From the NCBI GenBank assembly GCA_023301465.1, contig JALZUQ010000012.1:11744-75743 (forward strand): DNA of 64,000 nucleotides, written 5' to 3'. Positions within the stretch are counted from its first letter, which is position 1; every line of letters starts with the position of its first letter. Below are positions 18,964-27,504 of this stretch, in pieces. This DNA comes from Oligoflexales bacterium. Lineage in GTDB: Bacteria > Bdellovibrionota_B > Oligoflexia > Oligoflexales > JALZUQ01. The position numbers and the translations under genes are program-made. The notes beneath the pieces are model-generated. The model did not search any database and was not told where the DNA came from. It saw only the letters and a program-made list of their open reading frames with translations.

Positions 18964-20760
18964 GTGAAAAAATCAATAAAAATAGCAAATGCAGGTGGTT
19001 TTTGGGGGGATGATCCAACAGCTTTATATCGTCAACTCAGTGGAGGTGACGTTGATTATGTGACAATGGATTTTCTAGCCGAAGTAACCATGTCCATTCT
19101 TCAAAAACAAAAAAACCGTGATGAAACCAGAGGGTATGCTCACGACTTTATAACCATGCTAGAAGACAGCTTGCCTTTACTCATGGAAAAGAAAGTCACG
19201 GTTATTACCAATGCAGGTGGTGTGAACCCCCATGGGTGTGCAGAAGCCATTAGAAAGCTTGCAAAACGCTTAGGACTAAACCCACAAATTGCTGTCATTG
19301 ATGGTGATGATATTCTAAGTGACCTAGATAGAATTTCATCTGAAGCTCCATTAGACAATATGGAAACGGGGCAAAAACTAAGTAAAGTACGCAATAGAAT
19401 TTCTGCTGCAAACATATATCTTGGTGCACTTCCAGTCATGAACGCTTTAAAAACCAAACCTGATTTGGTGATTACAGGTAGGGTTACCGATACCGGGATT
19501 ACCGTTGGTCCAATGCTTCATGAGTTTGGGTGGGCCACCAATGACTGGGATAAGTTGGCTTCTGGAATTGTTGCTGCTCACATTTTAGAGTGCGGTAGTC
19601 AGTCTACTGGAGGTAATTTCAGTGATTGGCATTTAGTGGATTCTTACGACAATATTGGTTTCCCAATTGTGGAAATACATGAAAACGGTGAGTTTTTTGT
19701 GACAAAACATCCGGGAACGGGTGGGTTGGTTTCGGAAGACACTGTTAGAGAACAACTTTTTTATGAGATGGGAGACCCATCTGCTTATATCACACCTGAT
19801 GTTGTGGCTGATTTTGGAACCATACAACTTCAGGCTGCAACTCTCGGTGGAGAAGCAGCAGTTAAGGTGCATGGGGTTCGTGGAAAAGAACCAACTCAGT
19901 TTTATAAGGTTTCCATGGCTTACGATGATGGATATAAAGTTCATTGCGATATCGTGGTTTGTGGCCCGAATGCTATGAAAAAAGCCGATGTTTATAAAGA
20001 TATCTTTCTCAAAAAAGCATCTGAGTTTGGTGAGGTCCATGTTGAATATGTTGGAGCGAATGCTTGCCAGGGGGTTTTGAGTGGTTTTGAGAAGCCAGGA
20101 GAAATCGTCTTAAGATTTTCAACAAGAGGGCCAGACGCTAAAAAACTGAAAAAATTTGCAAAGCTCATTCCGACACTTCTTCTCGCAGGACCTGCTGGAA
20201 TATGTGTAATGGGTGGTATTGGAAGACCACAAGAGGTTGTCAGTTACTGGCCTGCATTAATGCAAAAGAAATTGGTTCATCCAAAAATTACGGATGCTGA
20301 TGGCAAGATTATCCCACAAGAAAAAGACGTAGAGTATGGAAACTTTGAAGCGACTGGTATGGGAACGACTACTGCTACAAATCCTTCAAAAAACCTAAAA
20401 GAAGTTTTATCTGTCTCTAAGGACTTTCCGACTTTCGCAAAGATTTGTTTAGCTCGAAGTGGTGATAAAGGCGATATGACAAACCTTGGAGTTCTAGCTA
20501 GGTCTCCGCAGGCTTACAAGTGGATTCAAGAAAACGTTACCGCTCAGTTTATTAAAGACTTGTTTCAAGAGTTTTGTCTGGGTCCAGTCAAACGTTATGA
20601 GCTAGATAACCTTAGTGGCCTAAACTTTTTATTAGAAGACTCCCTTGATGGTGGTGGAACACAATCAAGGCGTATTGACGCTCAAGGAAAAACTTTTGCT
20701 CAAGCGTTTTTGAATCAAAGGTTCGATATTCCAAGTGATATTCTTAAGAGTTGTTCATGA
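18964..20760 (+). CDS. AtuA-like (DUF1446-type) acyclic terpene utilisation family protein
   Basis: N-terminus IKIANAGGFWGDDP...DYVTMDFLAEVTMSIL...GYAHDF matches my memory of the AtuA/DUF1446 signature. GTG start behind AAAGGAG. Confidence 0.75.
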   Translation: MKKSIKIANAGGFWGDDPTALYRQLSGGDVDYVTMDFLAEVTMSILQKQKNRDETRGYAHDFITMLEDSLPLLMEKKVTVITNAGGVNPHGCAEAIRKLAKRLGLNPQIAVIDGDDILSDLDRISSEAPLDNMETGQKLSKVRNRISAANIYLGALPVMNALKTKPDLVITGRVTDTGITVGPMLHEFGWATNDWDKLASGIVAAHILECGSQSTGGNFSDWHLVDSYDNIGFPIVEIHENGEFFVTKHPGTGGLVSEDTVREQLFYEMGDPSAYITPDVVADFGTIQLQAATLGGEAAVKVHGVRGKEPTQFYKVSMAYDDGYKVHCDIVVCGPNAMKKADVYKDIFLKKASEFGEVHVEYVGANACQGVLSGFEKPGEIVLRFSTRGPDAKKLKKFAKLIPTLLLAGPAGICVMGGIGRPQEVVSYWPALMQKKLVHPKITDADGKIIPQEKDVEYGNFEATGMGTTTATNPSKNLKEVLSVSKDFPTFAKICLARSGDKGDMTNLGVLARSPQAYKWIQENVTAQFIKDLFQEFCLGPVKRYELDNLSGLNFLLEDSLDGGGTQSRRIDAQGKTFAQAFLNQRFDIPSDILKSCS

Positions 20761-22691
20761 AAATAAAGAAACTACTCATCGCAAACCGGGGGGAGATCGC
20801 TGCTAGAATTGCGAGAACTGCCGGTAAGTTAGGAATTGAAGTTGTTTGTTTGCTCCACGAGTTGCCTCGTTATCTTGAAGATATTTGTACGATCTTTGAG
20901 CCTTTGCCAGACTCAAAGTTAGATTATTATTTAGATCAAAGATTTTTGATTGAAGTTGCTAAAAAGCATCAATGTGATGCTATTCATCCGGGCTATGGTT
21001 TTTTGTCTGAAAATGCATCTTTTGCAAAGCTAGTAAAAGAAAGCGGAATCATATGGGTTGGTCCCAATAGTAATGTTATTGAAAAAATGGGTGATAAAGA
21101 TACTGCACGGGGAGTGGTCAAAGGTTTAGGTGGGCCACTTTTGGGAAGTGACGAAAGCTTTGATCCAAATGCAAAAAAAATAGAAGCCCCAAAGTCACCA
21201 CAAGGTTTACCTTGGTTAATAAAGGCTGCCCACGGCGGTGGTGGAAAAGGCATGCGTATTGTTCACCGTGCTGAAGAGATTGCCGAAGCTGTAGAAAGAG
21301 CAAAGTCTGAAAGCTTAAAAAGCTTTGGCTCAGATAAGTTAATTGTCGAAAGGTTTTTAGGGTGTGCTAGACATGTTGAGGTTCAAGTTCTTGGAGATCA
21401 ACATGGCAATATAAAGATTATCGGAGATCGTGACTGCTCTTTGCAAAGGCGTCATCAAAAAGTTATCGAAGAAGCACCAGCATTTGGTCTTCACCCTGAA
21501 ACCAGAAAAAAACTCCATGGAATCTCTCATAAAATTGCAAAAGAAGTAGGTTACGAAAGTGCTGGTACGATTGAATTCCTTGTGGATTGGACCGAATCTA
21601 AACGGGAGACCGAACAAGATTTTTTCTTTTTAGAAATGAATACAAGACTACAAGTAGAACACCCGGTTTCGGAAGAGGTTTTTGGTGTGGACTTAGTCGA
21701 ATGGCAGATACGAGTCGCTTGCGGCGAGTCTCTTGAGTCGTTAGAGGTGTCTGCAGGGCATGGGCATTCCTTAGAAGCTAGAATTTATGCTGAAAACCCA
21801 GCTCTTGGCTTTTTGCCAGTAGCGGGAAGTATAGATTTTTTTGAGCCTTATCAAGAAGCAGGAGTTCGTTGGGAAGTGGGTATCGACAGGCAAGCCGAAA
21901 TCACTAGTGATTTTGATCCTATGATTGCAAAGCTTGTGGTCAAAGATATTCACAGAGGGGCTGCCTACGAAAAGCTATCTCAAGTCCTTCAAAAAACTGT
22001 GCTGGCAGGCATTGCCACGAATCAGAACTTTCTCATACAGCTTGCATCAGACCCTAAAGTGCTTGCCGGAGATATTTCTACGACTTATATCGAAACAGAA
22101 AAACCCCATGAGAAAGAACTATCCGTTCTGAGTGATTCAGATGTTGATGCAGTAATGTCGCAAATTCATGATTGGTGTCTTGGATCAAAAAGAAAACCCA
22201 GTCGTAACGCACAGCTTCAAAGTGTTTTCACCAAGAGCCCATACGATTCACCACTGAATGTGTTGGATTGGCAATATACTAGTACTAGTTCTCAGTCCAT
22301 ATATTGGGGAAGGTGTCAGGTTCAAGGTCAGGTTGCTACGTGGGTATTTTTAGATAAAGTGGGTGAGGATTCAGAGTTAAGGCTTTCTGCAAGAGGGCAG
22401 GCTTGGATAAAGGTGATCTCTCAAACCATTGTATCGGGCGGTGCCTCAGGTGCTGGTGTCAGTTCTGGAGATGTATTATCTGCTGTTCCCGGTAAGGTGG
22501 TCAAGGTTCTATGCGAGGCTGGGCAAAAGGTTGAAGAGGGTACAAAGCTATTTGTTCTCGAATCCATGAAAATGGAATTTGACATATATTCGCCAAAAGC
22601 AGGAGAAGTTGCTACAATTTTAGTACACGCTGGTGAGCAAATTGATGCTGAACAACGATTACTAGAATGGTTGCAAGATGACGATACTTGA
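20757..22691 (+). CDS. Acyl-CoA carboxylase alpha subunit (biotin carboxylase + biotinyl carrier domain)
   Basis: KLLIANRGEIA, ATP-grasp GGGGKGMRIV, EMNTRLQVEHPV, and C-terminal biotinylation motif ESMKME. ATG 20757 forms an ATGA overlap with the AtuA-like stop. Confidence 0.9.
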   Translation: MKIKKLLIANRGEIAARIARTAGKLGIEVVCLLHELPRYLEDICTIFEPLPDSKLDYYLDQRFLIEVAKKHQCDAIHPGYGFLSENASFAKLVKESGIIWVGPNSNVIEKMGDKDTARGVVKGLGGPLLGSDESFDPNAKKIEAPKSPQGLPWLIKAAHGGGGKGMRIVHRAEEIAEAVERAKSESLKSFGSDKLIVERFLGCARHVEVQVLGDQHGNIKIIGDRDCSLQRRHQKVIEEAPAFGLHPETRKKLHGISHKIAKEVGYESAGTIEFLVDWTESKRETEQDFFFLEMNTRLQVEHPVSEEVFGVDLVEWQIRVACGESLESLEVSAGHGHSLEARIYAENPALGFLPVAGSIDFFEPYQEAGVRWEVGIDRQAEITSDFDPMIAKLVVKDIHRGAAYEKLSQVLQKTVLAGIATNQNFLIQLASDPKVLAGDISTTYIETEKPHEKELSVLSDSDVDAVMSQIHDWCLGSKRKPSRNAQLQSVFTKSPYDSPLNVLDWQYTSTSSQSIYWGRCQVQGQVATWVFLDKVGEDSELRLSARGQAWIKVISQTIVSGGASGAGVSSGDVLSAVPGKVVKVLCEAGQKVEEGTKLFVLESMKMEFDIYSPKAGEVATILVHAGEQIDAEQRLLEWLQDDDT

Positions 22692-23598
22692 TGCATTTAC
22701 AAAAAACTCCGTTCTAAAAATTTTGGCGATGGCCGAGATGGATCGAACGGAATATAAAATTGTTCTTTATTTAATGAACTGTAGTATTTCTGGTTTTGCA
22801 AAAATCATCACAAGCCACCGTGAACTCTCAGACACTCTGGGTATAAAGTCTAGCGAGATTCAAAAATCTTTGACCCGTCTTTTCAACTTACGCATGATAC
22901 AATTTAAGATTCGTCAGAATCAATCATACGAAGAAGGCGATAGCTTTGCTTTGAGCCTCAACACCCAAATTGATAAATGGAAAATCAATGAGGTTGAAGA
23001 GTCCAGTGATGGTGCGGTTATCTTTCCTTTTCAAAGAGTGGGTGAGCATCTCCACCTAGTAGACTCTCCTTCTGATTCAGGAGCTGAGTTAGATGCAACC
23101 ATCTTGAGAGTTTTAAATGCATTTTCGCGGTTTTATACAGGTGAAGAAGACATTGCTGATGAGAAAACTGAGCGACAGGCTGCAAGGCTTCTTTGTGAAA
23201 CTTACTCAGTGGATCAAGTTCTTCTTTTTATCCAGCATTTCAAAGAGAGAGTTCCATCTTTGAGTCTACTGGCGAGTTCTTGGCAGCATTATTTAGACCT
23301 TTATGAGCAAGAAAACCAAAGCATTGACTTTACAAAGCTCCGTGGTGAACATGCTGCAAAAGACAAACAAGTAAAGCAGTCTGCATTAAAACTATTAGAT
23401 TCGAAAGAAATCAAACTAACCCCTGAAGAACGTGAAGTTCTCACTATTATCTTTCAGCACCGTCATCCTAGAAGGCAATTATTTTGGGCTTATCAATCAA
23501 GGTCTCGCTATAAAAACTTAAACCATTTTTTCGCAGATCATGAAAAACTCATGTTGTCTGTAACAACATCTGGTAGTCACGTAAAGAAACAAGATTAA
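22678..23598 (+). CDS. Hypothetical protein with N-terminal winged-helix-like DNA-binding region
   Basis: EYKIVLYLMN...HRELSDTLGIKSSEIQKSLTRLFNLRMI resembles a wHTH. Remainder unrecognised. Overlaps the carboxylase stop by 14 nt. Confidence 0.5.
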   Translation: MTILDAFTKNSVLKILAMAEMDRTEYKIVLYLMNCSISGFAKIITSHRELSDTLGIKSSEIQKSLTRLFNLRMIQFKIRQNQSYEEGDSFALSLNTQIDKWKINEVEESSDGAVIFPFQRVGEHLHLVDSPSDSGAELDATILRVLNAFSRFYTGEEDIADEKTERQAARLLCETYSVDQVLLFIQHFKERVPSLSLLASSWQHYLDLYEQENQSIDFTKLRGEHAAKDKQVKQSALKLLDSKEIKLTPEEREVLTIIFQHRHPRRQLFWAYQSRSRYKNLNHFFADHEKLMLSVTTSGSHVKKQD

Positions 23599-23616
23599 TT
23601 GAACTTATTTTCGGAG

Positions 23617-24195
23617 GTGTTTTATCGCAACGATATTTACACATGGAATTGTCGGCGGCTTGCTTGCTGCTGTAGGTTCAAATGCTAGATTGCCAACAAA
23701 TAAGCTAGCGGTGGTTTGTGCTTTGTCTGCGATTTTGCCAGACTTAGATATTGTGTCATTTAAATTAAGTATCTCCTATGGAAGCTTTTGGGGGTCACCG
23801 TGGGTTTAGTCATTCAATTTTGTTCTCGCTATTGTGGGCTGTCTTGGTTAGTGGATGCTTTTGGTTTTTAGTAAAAACCTATAAAAAAAGAGACTACCTA
23901 TTTATTACTGCTTTAGTTTTTTTGAGCACAATATCTCACGGTTTACTTGATGCTCTTACCAATGGTGGGCTTGGAGTTGCTTTGTTTTCTCCTTTTGATA
24001 CAGGTAGGGTGTTTTTTTCCAATACGCCCTATATTAGTTTCTCCCATTGGTTTCAAGTTTTTTGGACCACAAGGTTGGATGGTATTGGTAAATGAATTTT
24101 TTTGGGTAGTGATCCCTTCTTGGAGTATTAGTTGGATCATCCTAAAAATAAAGAAATATTCTGGCGTGACTAATACCCCTGAAGGCGGTATATAA
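23617..24195 (+). pseudogene. YdjM/DUF457-like membrane-bound metal-dependent hydrolase, disrupted by frameshifts
   Basis: Family-like segments lie in three frames: IATIFTHGIVGG...SYGSFW, then GHRGFSHS...HGLLDALTNGGLGVALFSPFDTGRVFF, then PIRPILVSPIGFKFFGPQGW. Frame switches fall at G5 (23790-23794) and T7 (24012-24018). No canonical in-frame start unless one T is removed from T4 (23620-23623). Confidence 0.65.
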
Positions 24196-25482
24196 TTATT
24201 TCAATTTTTTACGAAGAAACTTTTTTTGTGTGTTGTTCACTGTAAACTCAATGACATTTTTAAAGTTGAATGCGACTGCTACACCAAGCCCAATAAGAAG
24301 ACCGACTAATAAATTAGTTGCCATAATTCCAATGCAAGTAGAAACCCAGAGCACCCCATAAGAGTAGTCTTTTTTAGTTTGTGCAATGACTTGTGGTGCA
24401 TTCAGTAATTTAAAACCTGTGATAATCAAAATTGCTGCAAGTGCTGTGAGTGGTATTGCTTCTAATATAAAAGGAAACAAGCCTACAAATAAAAGTACCC
24501 AAAAACCATGAAGAATAGTCGATGTTCTTGTTTTAGCACCAAATGAAACGTTAGCTCCACTTCGGACAATCACTCCCGTTAGGGGTAACCCACCAAGTAA
24601 TCCGGAGGCTGCATTACCAAACCCTTGTGCAAGAAGTTCTTGGTTGAGGTTTGAGGGTTTAGAGTCATCAACGATATCATCTACAGCTCGTGCTGTTAAT
24701 AGTGTTTCAGCACTTGCGATAATAGCCAAGACCAATGCTGGGCCAATATATAACCAAATATTATCTATAGAAAACATGGACCCAAATTTAGTGGCAGATG
24801 AAATGGCAGTATCTAAAACAGGTGCGATTTCAACCCTTGGCATCTCAAAAAACAAACTAAAAAGTGTTACTAAGAAAACAGCAGGTAGTGCAGCTGGGAT
24901 TGACTTTAAGAAGCTTACTTTCTTCCAGCCTAGTTGAATTCCTATAGCGAGCAATCCGCAAATAAGGACAGGTGCGATAAAACTTGAGCCCCCAAAGGAT
25001 CCAATCAGTAATGATGGAAACTCAATAACTCCAGATAAAAAAGAAGATGGAACAGGTTTTCCTACAAGAACATGTAGTTGACTTCCAGCAATAATGATTC
25101 CAATTGCAGCTAACATGCCTCCAAGAACTGCTTTTGGAACATAAGAAAACACTTTGCCCCATTTAAAAATACCAAAAGTAAATTGAAGGACTCCAGCAAG
25201 AAAGGTAGTAAATGCTAGTCCTGCAATTCCATACTTGCTGACAAGCTCGAAAATAAGAGCGGCTAATCCTGCAGCTGGTCCACTTACCACAAGAGGTGCA
25301 CCTGAGAAAACACCCACTGCAATTCCACCAAGGATTGCAGCAATAAGTCCTGAAGCAGGTGGAGCACCTGATGCTAAAGCAATCCCAATTGAAAGTGGGA
25401 TGGCAATGACAAAAACACCAAAGCTTGCCAAAAAGTCACTTTTGAAGTGTTTTTTATAAAAATCTAAATATTCGTGTTTCAA
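24196..25482 (-). CDS. SulP-family anion transporter, transmembrane core only (no STAS domain)
   Basis: Glycine-rich polytopic SulP-like sequence (ASGAPPASGLIAAILGG..., GLPLTGVIVRSGANV). Ends about 25 aa after the last TM. TTG start behind GGGGAG. Confidence 0.85.
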   Translation of the reverse strand: MKHEYLDFYKKHFKSDFLASFGVFVIAIPLSIGIALASGAPPASGLIAAILGGIAVGVFSGAPLVVSGPAAGLAALIFELVSKYGIAGLAFTTFLAGVLQFTFGIFKWGKVFSYVPKAVLGGMLAAIGIIIAGSQLHVLVGKPVPSSFLSGVIEFPSLLIGSFGGSSFIAPVLICGLLAIGIQLGWKKVSFLKSIPAALPAVFLVTLFSLFFEMPRVEIAPVLDTAISSATKFGSMFSIDNIWLYIGPALVLAIIASAETLLTARAVDDIVDDSKPSNLNQELLAQGFGNAASGLLGGLPLTGVIVRSGANVSFGAKTRTSTILHGFWVLLFVGLFPFILEAIPLTALAAILIITGFKLLNAPQVIAQTKKDYSYGVLWVSTCIGIMATNLLVGLLIGLGVAVAFNFKNVIEFTVNNTQKKFLRKKLK

Positions 25483-25852
25483 TGGAAACTCCCCTTGTTT
25501 AAAAAAGTTAAGATAGTACTTTCATTTTTTCTGAATGCAAATAGTGGTAGAGTTGGAACAAAACTTAGTCTCCATCCTCTAATGCTTTGTGAATGATGTT
25601 GTTTTTTTCAATGGTTTTATCAATAGCCATTTGTCTCCCCCAAGATTTTTTTAATTTCTAGTCTTTTGCTTTAAAGGTAATTCACAAAATACTAAGACCA
25701 ACATTTCGATAAAATACTTAGTGGTTTTGAGAGTCATGTAAATAAAAGTAGCTGGTTTTTCTTTGTTCCGTTTCATTCATATTTGATACTACGGCCAAAA
25801 AGGATATTTATATAATAGATAATTTAAGAGGAATACTTCTATTAAATAGATA

Positions 25853-26743
25853 TTATGATTTAGGGCGAAATGTGTTCAAAAGTAACTTGGCAATGGGGTT
25901 GTGTATAAGTCTGTGAGCAGAAATAAGCCAAAGGTTTTCGTGGCATATGGGGGTACTACCTAATAGTATTAACTCACCGGTTTTGAGCTCTTCTTCAACG
26001 GTTGGTAGAGGCAAAACAGAAAATCCATGGCCATCAAGAACGAGCATTTTTTGCAGTTCTACATCGTCCACTTCGGCAACTATTTCTGGAAATATATTTT
26101 TGATTTTAAAGTAATCAAGAACTTCGTTTCGTAGTGGGCTATGTTCACCGGGCATTATCATTGGTTGGCCGTTAAAAGATCTTGGCATTTCTTTTTTAAG
26201 TTCAACCATGTCTGGGGTTCCCACAAAAACAACCTTTAACTCACCAATTAACTTTGCGTGAAATTTAGATTTTTTCCCGTCAGTAGGTGGTTTATCGTTT
26301 GCTAAAATAAGATCTATTTCATGTTTTTCTAGTCTATCGCATAGAGCAGAAAGAGACTCTTCGGTGATAGAGGCTCTGGCTTTGTGTTGGTTTGAAACAA
26401 TTTGAAAAAGTTGGCGGCTCAGTTTTTTTGGAACAGAATCCATGATTCCGAGTCTTACAGAGACTCTAAGAGAGTCTTCAAAGTTTCCAAGAGACTCTCT
26501 CAACTCCTCTCCTAAAGAAAAGATTTCGTGTGCGTAGTCATAAACTTTTTTTCCGATATCTGTTAAGTGTAACTTACGGTTTTTTCTCTCAAAAAGCTGA
26601 TATCCAATAGCTTCTTCAAACTGTTTGAGTTGCGAGGATAATGTGGATTGGGCTAATTTAAGTTTTTTAGTGGCTGGAGTAATCCCACCCTCAGAGGCTA
26701 TCGTATAAAAGTAGTTGAGATGATGATAATTTAACCAATGCAT
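25853..26743 (-). CDS. LysR-family transcriptional regulator (NhaR-like N-terminus)
   Basis: MHWLNYHHLNYFYTIASEGGITPATKKLKLAQSTLSSQLKQFEE is a LysR HTH of the NhaR-like subtype. Confidence 0.9.
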   Translation of the reverse strand: MHWLNYHHLNYFYTIASEGGITPATKKLKLAQSTLSSQLKQFEEAIGYQLFERKNRKLHLTDIGKKVYDYAHEIFSLGEELRESLGNFEDSLRVSVRLGIMDSVPKKLSRQLFQIVSNQHKARASITEESLSALCDRLEKHEIDLILANDKPPTDGKKSKFHAKLIGELKVVFVGTPDMVELKKEMPRSFNGQPMIMPGEHSPLRNEVLDYFKIKNIFPEIVAEVDDVELQKMLVLDGHGFSVLPLPTVEEELKTGELILLGSTPICHENLWLISAHRLIHNPIAKLLLNTFRPKS

Positions 26744-26912
26744 GAGATGCCTATCTATTTATAAAACCGTTGATCTTTCCATAATACATTTGTTTAACAA
26801 TTCCAATGATAAGTAAGCAATGAAAAAATAAGACTAAATACAAGGTCATTTAGGGCCTTGTTTTGCAAATAATATTACCAAATGTGATTGTTAGTTCTGA
26901 AAAAAAAGAGAG

Positions 26913-27359
26913 CTATTTTTCAAGGGCTTTTAAAAGTGCTTTTACTAAATGAGGATGAAGGGCGTAATGTTTTAAGTAAGACTCTCTAAGATGTTCCGGT
27001 AGAGTTTTCAAACTTTCGTAAGCTGATTCAAAAGTAATTTGTTCTCTGTCAAGCTCGTGAGTGTCTTTTAAAATTTTATTCACTGCAGAATCATTCAGAA
27101 GGTCAAGCGGTGTGAATTCTTCTGTTGTTAGATTTCCATGTACAGATTTATTGAGGTGTGAAGGTAAATCAAGTTTTTTGGGATCTTCTAAAATGACATC
27201 ATTCGACTCAATAGAATTTTTGATATGTTTTTTTGATCTGCTACCTGACAAAAACATCCACGTACTTCTAATAACATAATCAAGTAACGCAAAGCAGAAA
27301 ATAATTGCTGAAGCACAGCAAACTATAAATCCCCAAAATATTATTTCATCGTACATCAT
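26913..27359 (-). CDS. Hypothetical N-terminally membrane-anchored protein
   Basis: Single N-terminal TM (IIFWGFIVCCASAIIFCFALL). No recognisable domain. Confidence 0.5.
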   Translation of the reverse strand: MMYDEIIFWGFIVCCASAIIFCFALLDYVIRSTWMFLSGSRSKKHIKNSIESNDVILEDPKKLDLPSHLNKSVHGNLTTEEFTPLDLLNDSAVNKILKDTHELDREQITFESAYESLKTLPEHLRESYLKHYALHPHLVKALLKALEK

Positions 27360-27504
27360 GTCTTTATTATAGCTGTCTTTTATTGGATTTCATAGATCTG
27401 CAAGAAAAAAGCTTTATAAGCCTTTTGCTGCAGTGCTTAGAGATAATGATCGAATAATACAGTGCAAATAGAACTCTATTATCTTAAGATAAAAAGTACT
27501 GAAA

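Noticed and set aside
26840-26864. Hairpin ACAAGG-(10 nt)-CCTTGT downstream of the 148-aa minus-strand ORF
   Set aside because: It has only a 6-bp stem, and the T-run is on the + strand rather than on the strand of the gene it would terminate. Too weak to call.
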